From NCBI GenBank assembly GCA_002269645.1, contig NIVC01004658.1, positions 1-39,082 of the forward strand: a DNA stretch of 39,082 bases, read 5' to 3'. This DNA comes from Macrostomum lignano. Its lineage: Eukaryota. Shown piece after piece: positions 1-12,022 of this stretch. Both the position numbers and the translations under genes were made by a program. The notes beneath the pieces were generated by a model, which saw nothing but the letters and a program-made list of their open reading frames with translations, did no database searches and was not told the origin of the DNA. How positions within the stretch are numbered: the stretch's first letter is position 1; each line of letters opens with the position of its first letter.

Positions 1-3000
1 CTGTTGGCGTCAGCGTCCTCCTGCTGCTGCCCATCACCGCTGTTCTCCTCTGCTCCCGCCGCTGCTGAAGCAACTCCCGCCCTTGGCAATCGCATCAACG
101 TAGCTGATAACCGCCGCACCGGCCGGCTGCTCCGCCTCCAGACGGCTCGGCCACAATCACCGGATGGCCTGTTCGGCCGACCCCAGCTCGGACACTGTGG
201 CGGCCTGCTTGTCCGAGCGGCAGAACGCCACGCTGAGCTGCGTCTCCTACGGCAGGCAGGGGCAGAAGGAACTGGTTTAGTTGCTGGGGGAACCGGCCTG
301 GGATAGACTGAGGGGGGCTGAAGGATCAGGGCTGAGGTGGCCTGAAAAATCAGGGCTGAGGTGGCCTGAAAAATCAGGGCTGAGGTGGCCTGAAAAATCA
401 GGGCTGATGTGGCCTGAAAAATCAGGGCTGAGGTGGCCTGAAAAATCAGGGCTGATGTGGCCTGAAAAATCAGGGCTGAGGTGGCCTGAAAAATCAGGGC
501 TGAGGTGGCCTGAAAAATCAGGGCTGAGGTGGCCTGAAAAATCAGGGCTGAGGTGGCCTGAAAAATCAGGGCTGAGGTGGCCTAAAAAATCAGGGCTGAG
601 GTGGCCTGAAGGATCAGGGCTGAGGTGGCCTGAAAAATCAGGGCTGAGGTGGCCTGAAGGATCAGGGCTGAGGTGGCCTGAAGGATCAGGGCTGAGGTGG
701 CCTGAAAAATCAGGGCTGAGGTGGCCTGAAGGATCAGGGCTGAGGTGGCCTGAAGGATCAGGGCTGAGGTGGCCTGAAAAATCAGGGCTGAGGTGGCCTG
801 AAAAATCAGGGCTGAGGTGGCCTGAAGGATCAGGGCTGAGGTGGCCTGAAGGATCAGGGCTGAGGTGGCCTGAAGGATCAGGGCTGAGGTGGCCTGAAGG
901 ATCAGGGCTGAGGTGGCCTGAAGGATCAGGGCTGAGGTGGTGCGAAGGATCAGGGCTGAGGTGGCCTGAAGGATCAGGGCTGAGGTGGCCTGAAAAATCA
1001 GGGCTGAGGTGGCCTGAAGGATCAGGGCTGAGGTGGCCTAAAGGATCAGGGCTGAGGTGGCCTAAATGATCAGGGGCTGAGGTGGCCTAAAGGATCAGGG
1101 GCTGAGGTGGCCTAAAGGATCAGGGGCTGAGGTGGCCTAAAGGATCAGGGCTGAGGTGGCCTAAAGGATCAGGGGCTGAGGTGGCCTGAAGGATCAGGGG
1201 CTGAGGTGGCCTGAAGGATCAGAGCTGAGGTGGCCTGAAGGATCAGGGCTGAGGTGGCCTGAAGGATCAAGGCTGAGGTGGCCTGTAGGACCAGTGGCTA
1301 AGTGGCTTAAAACCGTGAAAGACTACTTATTGACAAGTAGAGTACATAGAAAATGGTCAGTTAAATAATTCATCAAATCCGAGGCCATTTCTCACCTGCA
1401 GAATGTGGCTGCAGGCCTCCCGGCCCAAGGTGTCGTACAGCGGCACAATGACCAGGCCGCTGGAGTAGCAGGCAAGCTCCAGGACAACCAGGCTGGCGCT
1501 GTTGCTGGAGAAGGTGCCAACAAAACTGCCCCTGGTCAGGCCCAGCGGCCCGGTCAGGTAGGCCGCCATTGCGCGCACTTCTTGAAGCACCTGCGTAAGG
1601 TAAACGGTGAGAGTAACTTTGCCTATCGTTTGATATCCAGGGGCCTCGTCATTAAATGAAGATTGAGGATTGACTGGGTTGCCCGTCTGTCTCTAGCCGT
1701 CCAGATGGGATCCAGACTCGGCATGGTTACTGATTGGCATGCAGGGATCCGACTACCGACTATTAGCGCCCCCTGCACTTGGCAACACAATGCTTTGATT
1801 GACTTCGTCGCTTGAACTTGCACTGTGTGGCAGGGTGATGCAGGCAGCAGCAGCTGTGCCAGTTTCTTGCGAAACTGGCCGAACCGACATCACGCTTTGA
1901 AAAGCCACAGATTCGGATGCTAAGAGAACAGAAACAGAGAAAAGGAGGAGAGGCGGTTCAATTATTAGACCGCGCAAATTTTGCTTTACGAATGAAAATG
2001 GTAAGCGAAGTACTTTCGGAAGAAAAAACATTTTAGGAATATAACTAGGAATAGATGTGAGACTCAGAGAAGAGGGGGGAAGGGAGAGAAAAAGGAGAGG
2101 AAAGCGGAGAGGGAGAGAGAGAGTGGAGAGGAAGGGGAGGGGAGAGGAAGGGGAAAGGGGAGAGGAAGGGGAGATGGGAGAGGAAGGGGAGAGGGAAGAG
2201 TAAAGGGGAGATGGGAGAGGAAGGGGAGAGGGGAGGGGGGAGAGGAGGGGAGAGGAAGGGGAGAGGAAAGGGGAGAGGAAGGGGAGAGGAAAGGGAGAGG
2301 AAGGGGAGAGGTAGAGAGAGGGGATAGGAAGGGGAAAGGGGAGAGGAAAGGGAGAGGGAAGAGTAAAGGGGAGATGGGAGAGGAAGGGGAGAGGAGGGGG
2401 AGAGGGAGAGGAGGGGGAGAGGAGGGGGAGAGGGGAGGAGGGGGAGAGGAGGGGAGAGGGAGAGGAGGGGGAGAGGAGGGGGAGAGGGGAGAGGAGGGGA
2501 GAGGAGGGGGAGAGGAGGGGGAGAGGGGAGAGGAGGGGGAGAGGGGAGAGGGAGAGGAGGGGGAGGGGGGAGGAGGGGGAGAGGAGGAGGAGAGGGGAGA
2601 GGAGGGGGAGAGGGGGAGAGGGGAGAGGAGGGGGGAGGGGAGAGGAGGGGAGAGGAGGGGGAAGGGAAGAGGGGGGGAGGAGAGGAACGGAGGAAGATGG
2701 AGAAAGGATCATTATATGGGATAAAAGCAGACAACGGGACAATTGATCACTTAAATCTGAGGTTTTTTGGCAAATGTTAGGAATTTGATCAAGGATGTGC
2801 ACTGACTGGCACCTGAAGCTAACTTCTAGAGAACAGAAGTGCTTTTCACTCCTGGAGATGCAGTGCAGCCGTGGGAAAGAAGTTTATAAAATCGAAACTT
2901 CGATTGCTGTTTACACTGGAATAAGCAAACTGGCACTTGAAGCAGCATTAACAGAATCTTGCAGAAGAAAAATCAATTCCACTGAAAGTCGAACTGACGA

Positions 3001-4259
3001 TTTAATACCAACTGGTGCTGATACTACAACGGAATGTACTATAATTAGAAACAGCAAGGAAGAAACTGTTAATTAGCATGTCACAGCCTCACCTCGCCAT
3101 AGGTACTGTATACAAATGGAGCACTGGCTGTCTGGCGGGTGCCCAGGCAGGGCCCATCATGGCTGGCCGCCTCCAGGCCAGCAAGAAACAGGTCGAATGC
3201 CACGCGAGCTTCTGCCAGGGCTTTCTGCTGCTGCTGTTTTCCGCCGCTCTGCTGCTATGGGACAAAACGATTTGGGGAAAGGAATGTCAGTAATGGAATG
3301 AGGAGCTTGTGTCACTGTTATGTTTGATAAAAAACAGATCTTTGACTTTATAGCAATTTACTACTAAACTAAATGCTTGTGTAGATACTGCACATACATC
3401 CGCAAATGCTGGCCGACCTGGCTGATCTGGCCACCGTAAATTGTGGTAGACCAGGGGTAAGTTGCAAAAATGCCCATCCAAAATACAGATGTAGTACTAA
3501 TTAGATGACAAGGCATTTAGCCTTAATAAGACAGTTATAGTTACTCCTGCCGTTTACCCAAGTGTTAATTTTGCTTTAGGGTTTCTTTCACAGGAAAGTC
3601 ACATGGCCCGTGTAAATCAGGGGGGGGGGGTTGCGCATGTTTGATACTGCAACTATACTATAGCTATAGTTATGGGAAATTACAAGAATGGCAATTTTCA
3701 TCTAGACCTAAAAAAATGAGATTTATGACTATGGCCTATGGCTATGGAAGTTATTACTTGAAATAACTTGATATGGCTTATAATTAAGATACTGAATTTG
3801 TCAATTTGCCATAACAAACAACAAATAATATTAATAGATATTTGGCAAATCTAAATTATTCACATTTATTATGCCCAAATAATAATATACTTAACCAATC
3901 TTAATATTATAAAACAGAAACATTTATACTACTGGTCAATATTTTGACATTTTTTGAAGTTTGTTTAAGGTAAGTGGTACAAACAAAGCTATGAGTTGAA
4001 CTGTAATTTCTGATTCAATCATTTTCAATATTAAAATAACTTTCAAAAAAGTGCAAACTTCGTAGTAGAACTGTAGAAGTTGGCCTGATAAACTCTAATT
4101 CAATTAGCTTCCTTCTACCAACACTGCGGACACAAAAACTTACGTCCTTACCTCTACTAAATTGGACTTCAAAACTTCGTTGCTGGAACCGCAAGCGCCA
4201 TCCTTGGGACAGTAAGAGTTGCTATGAGTATTGGACAGTGTGCTAACAGTTCCGCCCAT
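1..4259 (-). CDS. ACSL: Long-chain fatty-acid-CoA ligase (ACSL family), 5' part; gene continues beyond the left edge
   Basis: Exons with canonical, phase-0-compatible GT/AG: 4259-4152 (MGGTVS...NLVE), 3254-3093 (...AFDLFLAGLEAASHDGPCLGTRQTASAPFVYSTYGE), 1590-1396 (VLQEVRAM...LELACYSSGLVIVPLYDTLGREACSHILQ), 246-<1 (ETQLSVAFC...). GPCLG.R and VPLYDTLG are ACSL1/5/6-type motifs. The last exon has an in-frame TGA at 157-159 and apparent small indels. Confidence 0.88.
315..1290. repeat. 24-bp minisatellite (GATCAGGGCTGAGGTGGCCTGAAG / AAATCAGGG... variants), about 40 copies, in ACSL intron 247-1395
   Basis: Tandem units read directly; produces the spurious WPEKSGLR-repeat ORF 281-1069. Confidence 0.97.
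2065..2700. repeat. Polypurine (G/A) low-complexity tract in ACSL intron
   Basis: Almost entirely G and A over about 630 bp (GGGAGAGGA-type units); source of the Pro/Leu/Ser and Gly/Glu ORFs. Confidence 0.95.
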
Positions 4260-6466
4260 GACTGTAGTAGATAATAGAATTCTGTCAATTTGGTTCAACG
4301 GCGAGCTTAGCAAACAAGAGCTTGGATTCAATCCGTTTGACCCTGGTAGGACAAAAAAGCAAAGTAAGAAGGTAGCGAACCACGCTGGTACTTCTTATTT
4401 ATTGAGGGAAGATCACGTGGGTCCTCACAATTTGGGGTTTGCTCGTAGGGGGTGGGGCGCTGCGGGGGGACGAGGAAGCGTGGCCACGATCACGTGCGCT
4501 TGGACTGGACAGACAGACTGGATTGGGCTAGAATTAGAATGGCCCGAGGAATTTTGGGGGTTTGTGAACTTGAGGGAGGGCGGGCTTGTCCCATTCTCCG
4601 TACATTCGTACGCCACCCCCACCCCTTCCCTTAGCCAGCGTACATTCAAGGCGTTCCAAACATTGGAGCAACGTGGCAAATGACAAACAATTAGTAAAGA
4701 CAGACGTGTCGCTTCCTGTATTTCGTCCTTATCTTATCGCGTTCGTAATGCATGAGTGTTATCTGTCCCTGTGACTACTGTACTGTCTGCCGTAGATAGT
4801 AAAGCCCAGAAGCTTATGAAAATTTAAATAGCTGTTTTGATTGGTTGGTTGTACTATTTGTAATTTATCTGAAAACTTTGCACTTTTCGATCAAGTCTCT
4901 GCAGTTAACAATGTTTCATTCTATTTTAGCATGCATTGCATGCATGTCATGTCTGGCACAAACTAGGTAAAGTTAGTAGTAAAGCCAGCCAGTGAGTGGT
5001 AATGGAATATTCCAGTTTTTTCTGCAAATTTTCCGCACCAAAACCAGTTTAAGATCAGGTCGTCCAAAGACCAAAATCTAAAAAAATCCGATAGTAATTT
5101 TAGTGTTGTGGATTCATAACCTTTTTAGCAACCGCGAGATTTGCCGGCAGAAAATCTGACCAAGTGGCACGTTAAGAAAAAAATCAACGTGCAATCTTTT
5201 CTGGGTTTCTTCTGGTGCCACCCGTTTCTCGTTAGCTAATTCAAATTGCGCTGGCAGGTTGCAAGTTGCACCTGCAGCTTCTGTTTTGTTTAAGAAATTT
5301 TATGTAGCGAAATTGGACTTTAATTAAGTGCAGCATCTTTCATCAGTCATCATTGCAGTGCAAGGCAATAAATGAAGTAGACTAACTGTTCATTCAAACT
5401 GCGTTTTATTTGCAAAAAACTCCCGTAATTTGCACAATAAGAATTTTGATATCAATATATATATTACAACAAACATTAATAAATGGTATCTAAACATAAT
5501 TTACATGATCCGAATAGTATAAAGTATAATAATTGAAATAAAACAAAAGTAAATCACAAATCAAGCTAATAATATCACAATTACTGCCCGCTTTAAAAAA
5601 CAAATCATGGACCGAGTCGGCAGCTGAAAATCAGAGGAGTAAACTTTTGATGCCTGCAGGTGCAGTTTGTTCATTTTGACACTGTACACACTATTTTGTG
5701 ACCTCAAAGATTGAATCTGTTATGGTTTTTAAGTGCGCAAGGTAATTTAAGGAAAGCATTCCGTTAAAAGAAAAATATCAAGTTTGCATTAATTTAGTGG
5801 AGCGCAGTACATGTACATGTATGGGCCGGCCTAGATCTTCAAAATGGACGAACCTGAAAAATGCGCCAATGTGCAGTGCCTGTTGGGGGCGCCAATGTAA
5901 GGTGTCTAATACTTCCTATTTCTTCTAAGGCACTAAATCAAATAAATTATTTATTTTAGTATACATTAAAACAATATTCCTGGTTATGGTTATCTGGTGG
6001 TGCTCTCTGTAAGGCCAGAGACAAAATTACAGTAAAATTACAGGTATAACAGTCGCGATAATTCGTAAGCAGGATATGGCAGATCCCGAGTTGAAACGTA
6101 GAGTGAAAGACGAATGTGCTGGGTTGCTGCTTGCACTTTTGGCCATGGTATCGGGTAGAAATGGAATGTGATACGAGAAAATTCCGGTAGGAGCTCAGAA
6201 AAAATACGAATTCAAAGACTTTTTAAGAATAGAGAAATGGTACACACGCTTTCTTCGCTGGAGATGTCACCTTCTGTAGCAGACAAATAATAACAAAAAC
6301 TGCCACTCATACTACTCAATAAGTTTTCTACTTTGCTTCGCACCAAGTGAAAAATAAAAAGCCAATAAAAAGCAAACTCTACGTCCAGTTAAAAATTCAA
6401 TAAACTTTTCTTCACAGCTCATCCGTCGTAAGGATCAATTAGGTAGTTGTTGGTCCCAAAACCAAC

Positions 6467-6800
6467 CTGCACGTCTTCTTCGGAAGCTGGTTGCGAGCTG
6501 TTAACTGTTTCAGCTGCTTTGGCGTCTGGCAGATCTGGCGTTTCGGCATTTGCAGCGACTCCTTCTAGTCTGATCTGCACGGGCTGCTGGTCTTGCGCCG
6601 CCGCAGCCGTCTGCTGTTGACTTGCCGCGTCAGCAACCGAGTTCCCGAAGGACACGGTGGCGGACTCTCCTCTGCCAACAAAGTACACGGCGATCTCTTG
6701 GCGGCGTTTCTGCACCAAGCTGATGAATGCCGGCTCCTTGCCGCTGTTGGAGAATTTGATGGGGTTCAAGTTTATGTAATTCGTTTGTTTGAGACGAGTT
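6467..6800 (-). CDS. Putative coding exon of unknown function
   Basis: Open frame (...NPIKFSNSGKEPAFISLVQKRRQEIAVYFVG...AASQQQTAAAAQDQQ...EEDVQ) with GC-rich, coding-like composition in an AT-rich context; possible donor CAG|GTTGGT at 6466. No ATG start (the ORF track starts at TTG) and no recognised domain. Confidence 0.35.
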
Positions 6801-6861
6801 GAGAGAGCATTTAATCCGACTGCAGTCTAATTAAAAATTGGTCAGGGGAGTTTAGGGCCTC

Positions 6862-7228
6862 CCAGAGAGTGACAGGGAAGGTGGGAGGAGAGTGGCAGGG
6901 GAGGCGGGAGGAGAATGGCAGGGGAGGTGGGAGGAGAGTGGCAGGGGAGGCGGGAGGAGAATGGCAGGGGAGGTGGGAGGAGAGTGGCAGGGGAGGCGGG
7001 AGGAGAATGGCAGGGGAGGCGGGAGGAGAATGACAGGGGAGGCGGGAGGAGAATGACAGGGGAGGCGGGAGGAGAATGACAGGGGAGGCGGGAGGAGAAT
7101 GATAGGGGAGGCGGGAGGAGTGACAGGGGAGGCGGGAGGAGAGGGACGGGAAAGCGGGAGGAGAGTGACAGGGAGGCGGGAGGAGAGTGACAGGGAGGCG
7201 GGTGAAGAGTGACAGGGGGAGGCGGGAC
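6862..7228. repeat. About 23-bp purine-rich minisatellite (GGCAGGGGAGGCGGGAGGAGAAT) just 3' of the SLC22 stop
   Basis: About 16 tandem units seen directly. Confidence 0.93.
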
Positions 7229-7248
7229 AGCAGTCAAGAGGCCCCAGC

Positions 7249-10200
7249 TCACGGTGTGATGATGTTGGCCTCCCTCACAGTCTGCGGCAGCGGGATGCCC
7301 TTGGTCTCTGGCAGGTAGTAGAGCGCGGCGCCGGCAAGAATGCCCAGGCAAGCGAATGCGATTGGGGCGGCCATCCGGGCGCCGTAGGAGCCGCCGCTGT
7401 TGACGGCCAGGATGAAGGGGGCCAGCAGGGAGGAGATGCGGCCGATGGCGCTGCAGAAGAAGATACCAGTGTTCCGGATCGAGGTCGGGTAGACCTCTGC
7501 TGTGTAGTTTGTGATGATTGAGAAAGCGCAAGTAGCTGACAGCTTGGCCAGAAGGGCGAGAACGGTGTGAGAGACGCTGCCTGTGAAAGAAGAGTCCGAT
7601 AAATATTTCAATATTTGATGAAGCAGAGCAGAAGAGAGCAAAAATATGGATGTTACACGGCCCGATGTAAATTTTTCTAGAATAGCTAAGACTTTTTTGA
7701 TACTGTAGCTTTATAGTGCTGTGGGACCTTGGCTACGAGCTGACTGACGCCTTGTCCAGAGAGCATGACTGACCCGGCCTCACGATGTCCTGCTGAGTTG
7801 TTAGATGCCGGCTGGGCAAGTGATCGGATTGGAGGCCTGCTGCCCTGAGCCTGTGCATGCAGGGACTGCGCAGACGTTGACAAGGACGCGGGAGTGGTTA
7901 CGTCATATAGTGACCTCGCCTTAAGGTGACGCAGCCTCCTTTTTTGACCGCGTGCGGCTGGCGGGCAAAAAAAATCATTGTTCAAGACGGGATATAGCCC
8001 AACACTGAGTTGGACGCGTCCTTATTTAGTACATAAAAACTTTTGAGATTTAGTTATATAGACTACAGAAAAGACAAGAAAGATCCGCACGGATGCAGCG
8101 GTCTATCCTATCTGTTACCGATGTCGAGATGCGATATGATTCACTTCACATTTTGCAACAATCTAATTATATCGAAAAGTATCTTGAAGGTCATTGAACC
8201 CTACTGGCAGGATTGCTCACCTGGAGTGAGCACAGCCACCGAGATTAGGCAGGCGCTAAGCATCGTGTATAAGACGGCAATGGGAATTCTGCGTCCGACT
8301 TTCTCGGCCACAATCCAGGCCGTGACGTAGGCCGGGACCTCGATCAAACCGGACAGGACGGTGTTTATGAAGACGTCGCTGGCCAGGAAATCAGAGTCCA
8401 GGGATATGCTGTTGTAGTTTAAACTGATTGCGAACCTGTGCAGGCGTGAGGAAGTAGGAGGCAAAATTCTCTAATTCGCTTCTTTTATTCTGTAAGCAGA
8501 GTGTCCCCATGGACTTTATCGAAGGGGGCAGAGCCTTATAACTATAATTAGCATTTCATACTGAGCATAGCAACCATTTTTCAGTAAATGTAGAACTTTT
8601 TACGCCATACGAGCGTACAGGCGATACCTAAAGATCCCTAAAGATTAAAGATCCTAAAGTCCCTAAAGTCCCTAAAGACGGATGGGACTAAAAGTTGCAA
8701 TAAATGTTAAATGTACATAGTATAAGCAGGTGCAAGACTTTGTCATTGTTAGAGCCAGTCATTATTTCGTGAAGCAACTAAGAAAACTAAGCATTAGCAT
8801 GTTCCCAAAACTTTTACTCGGGAGGATGGTCGTTTTTGCGACACCCCTGAAGTAGTGTAAGAATAAATCTTTTGTTCAACAAAAGCTACAAAATCTTATC
8901 CATCGCGATACATTTTCCATACTAGACTCACCAGGCGCAGAACAAAATGAGGGACTTTTTTAGCATTATCCGGGTCCTGAACATTTCCGAGACGTTGCCT
9001 TCGCGACTGTGCTCAGGTGGCTGCGAGGTCTGGAAGCCGTAGGTCTGCGGGTTGAGAGATGGTGGAATTTTACTTCAGTGCGGGGTTAACTTTAAACTGA
9101 GTCACTCATCGTAGGTCTCGCTGGACTCACCAGCAACTCCTTGGCAGCGGTCGGGATGGTCCGGCCGTTCACTCTGGCGATGTTTTCGCACACGTAGAGG
9201 GCGTCGGTATACCGGCCGTGGGCGATCAGCCAGCGCGGCGATTCCTGCAGAGACTGCAACGGTTGATCGGTTAATCAACGGTTAATCATTGACCTATTGT
9301 ATAAGAGTTAGAGTTGCATACATCTTAAGTTAGCTCTTGCTTTTCAAAGCTTGGAATCTAGGTCTTAATAATACAGTACACGTCTTCACGTCTGTAGTTT
9401 TTAGTCTGGCAAAAGTGTCCCACCAAGCCAAAGTTATCGTAGATTCGCTTCTGCACTCACAAGTAGCAGGCAATGTAAAAAAGGCAGGGCAGGCAGGTGA
9501 GCAGTTGCAGCCACCGCCACTGTCTCACTAGATAAGCCATACCGGCCACAGACATGTAGCCTAGACAATAGTACAGCCACAGTAAATTGGCGACCAAAGC
9601 TCTGTGCTTGCAGCCGACAAACTCGGTGATGCACACAGTGGACAGAAGATTAACTGTGGCGAAGATGCCGTGCGCAAAGTGCAGCCCCAGGTAGGAGAGG
9701 AAGTTCGGAGAGACGCTCTCCAGCAGAGTGAACAGGGCCTCCATCGCGCAGCTCACCAGCAGCACTGGTCGACGACCGAACCTGCGGTGGGGCAGCGTGG
9801 GTTGCACTCGGAGTGAGCTGGCAGGATGAGTAGTGGTTGATTTAGATGGGTCAGGGTGAGTCTTGGTGCATGCCAGGTTTAGTTTGACGGAACAATCAAT
9901 AAAGTTTGCGCTGTTATTCTTTAACTAGTCGTTCGATCTAGTTTTTAAGCCGTATTCTGATTTGAAGTGGGTACTTAAGCCCGCCCAATTGAACTGCTCA
10001 CTTGTCGGCAAAGATGCCCAGCACGACGCCGAAGCCGTAGCCGAGGGCGTAGCTGCCGAACACAAGCGGCTCCAGGCCTTGGCGCGACAGACAAGATCCC
10101 ACTGGGTGTGAGCGTAAATGGAAATAGATCGTTAATAAACACCTGAAAGCCATGTCTTTATCGCAGAATGTGACTGTTTACCTGCGTTGTAATTGTCTCC

Positions 10201-10538
10201 TTCCACTCGCTTTTATCGTAGGCAAACAGGGTGCACTGCTGCTGTTGCTGCTCCCCGGAAGTGCCATTTCGTGGCGGCGTGAACCAGCACTGGCTGTCCT
10301 GACCGCCTGTGGCTGAAGCGTTAACGATCTGCGCCCAGGTGGGGGGACTCTCCAGCCAGTTCGGGTAGGCCTGCTGGCACACGAACGCCGGTCGGACCAC
10401 GTGGAATACCGTAATGACCATGTTGGCAGCGGCCTTCCACGACAGCGAGGCGAGGAGGTTGAACAGCACGATCTGGTAGCGGCCAAGGCTGCCGATGTGT
10501 TCCAGGACCTCTTCGTACTCCATGTGCACGGGAGCCAT
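7249..10538 (-). CDS. SLC22: SLC22 organic cation/anion transporter (MFS), 7 exons
   Basis: Exons 10538-10182, 10101-10002, 9781-9461, 9253-9131, 9044-8932, 8435-8221, 7580-7249, all GT-AG. Family motifs: YEEVLEHIGSLGRYQ, WDLVC, D-K/R-FGRRP, ESPRWL, EKVGRR, AEVYPTSIRNTG, LPETKG. Two apparent 1-nt deletions (about 10077 and 9251) must be corrected to keep the frame. Confidence 0.93.
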
Positions 10539-11533
10539 GGCTCCGACCCTGCTCGCGGCTGATGCGGAGCTCTGTAAAGCTAGACTCGCGAACTGGTTCG
10601 CCGAATTTCCAGTCTCAATGCCGCAAGGAGAAAGCGAGGCTGCAGGCAGAGGCTGGCTGACTCACAAATTAAACGGGCCTAGTGATACAGCAGGGTAGGA
10701 ACTGTGGGGTACGCAGGGAGGGAGGCGTCCCTACAGCCGCTCAGGTAAGGAGGCTCCGACAGAGGCAGTGGAGGAGGAAGTTCAGAGCAAGCGATGCTGC
10801 AGAGGTGAGAGCGTACTCTCGGGGCTGAGTATCATGAGAAGGTAAAAGCCACGCTCTTCTGCTTGGGTTAGGACTGTACTCAGCAGCTGCTCTGTATGCC
10901 TCCCTCACAACCGAGAATTAGCGCGAAGCGGTGGGTCAGAGGCGAGGGGTGGGAGTCCAGGCGGGGACAGAAAAATCGATCTGTTTTAGCCCCTCTTGTC
11001 TCCCTCTCAACCCCAGTTTCTGCCGGTCTCCACGCGTTTGCATGGCTTCTAAAGCCAAGGCAGGGTAGGCTGGACTCTGTGACTTTTGCAGAGAGCTCTG
11101 AAGATAACAGCTGTTATATTTAGAAGTCTCTGGACTTTTGAAGGCCACGGAGAAAGGGAGTGAAACTAAAGACCGGGTGCACCCACGAATCCATTGTAGC
11201 TTTTATTGTTCGCAGCAACCATGCCTCGGCTTGTGAAACTGATGCTTGGATGGATACGAAGTCAATTCGCCGCTAAAATTTCTGTGTATGCCTGATCTAG
11301 CAAATCTAGCTTCTCTTGTGTACATAATTCTGATGCTATGATATGCAACCATAACTATTAAGCAGTCATTCTAAAATCGAATTCAGGAAATAAAAACAGA
11401 CTTTTTGACACAATTGCAAGCATTTTGTCGACCAAACCACTGTTACATGCCCGTAAAGTTTTAACAAACTAAAAATAACGCCACAAAGTGTATTTTGAAA
11501 TTAGCCTTTATCTACGTACGTATCTGCAGTTTG

Positions 11534-12022
11534 TCACACCATATCGTACAGGAAGGTGTACTGAAGGAGAATGGCCTCAGGCTCTGAAGGCAATCCGGAT
11601 GACAATCCAACCGAATCGATGCAGGTGTTGTTTGTATTGCAGTTGCTATTACTAACAGTAGTTGAATCGCGCAGCACTTGCAGTCTGGAATTGACTTGCG
11701 ACTCCAATCTGTGCCAATCCTGTCCCAGGGGCCAGTAGGGTAGCCGGTGGTTGCACCAGTTCACCTGCTGGTTGTCCTTAGACCGCTGCTCCAGGGTGGC
11801 ATCGTCGCCCGAGGCGGGCTTTCGCAGGCGCAGCAGCGCTGGCGGCGGCCTGTAGTTCGAGCGCGGCAGGGTGAAGACGCCGCGACGAAGAGAAATGGCG
11901 CTGTCGGCTCCCGGAGAGGAGTACAGGATGCGGACAAAGACTGCCGCCAACGCCCAGCCGATGATGACGCATACGGCAATGATGGACACAGTCAGGACCC
12001 ACAGAATTTGCTCTAGCGCCAT
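11534..12022 (-). CDS. Putative small single-pass membrane protein (162 aa ORF), no recognised family
   Basis: ATG-initiated ORF with an N-terminal hydrophobic segment (ILWVLTVSIIAVCVIIGWALAAVFVRIL) followed by a basic/polar tail; GC-rich island within AT-rich flanks. Confidence 0.5.
   Translation of the reverse strand: MALEQILWVLTVSIIAVCVIIGWALAAVFVRILYSSPGADSAISLRRGVFTLPRSNYRPPPALLRLRKPASGDDATLEQRSKDNQQVNWCNHRLPYWPLGQDWHRLESQVNSRLQVLRDSTTVSNSNCNTNNTCIDSVGLSSGLPSEPEAILLQYTFLYDMV

Noticed and set aside
157-159. In-frame TGA in ACSL as selenocysteine or stop readthrough
   Set aside because: A shifted frame gives IRVIVAE, which fits the ACSL family better, so indel errors are the simpler explanation
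281-1069. 262-aa WPEKSGLR-repeat ORF
   Set aside because: Translation of a 24-bp intronic minisatellite antisense to ACSL; no ATG or splice context
1753-2802. Long Pro/Leu/Ser-rich and Gly/Glu-rich ORFs
   Set aside because: Products of the polypurine tract inside an ACSL intron
4231-4683. 150-aa plus-strand ORF
   Set aside because: Overlaps ACSL exon 1 antisense and its likely promoter; no recognisable domain or splice support
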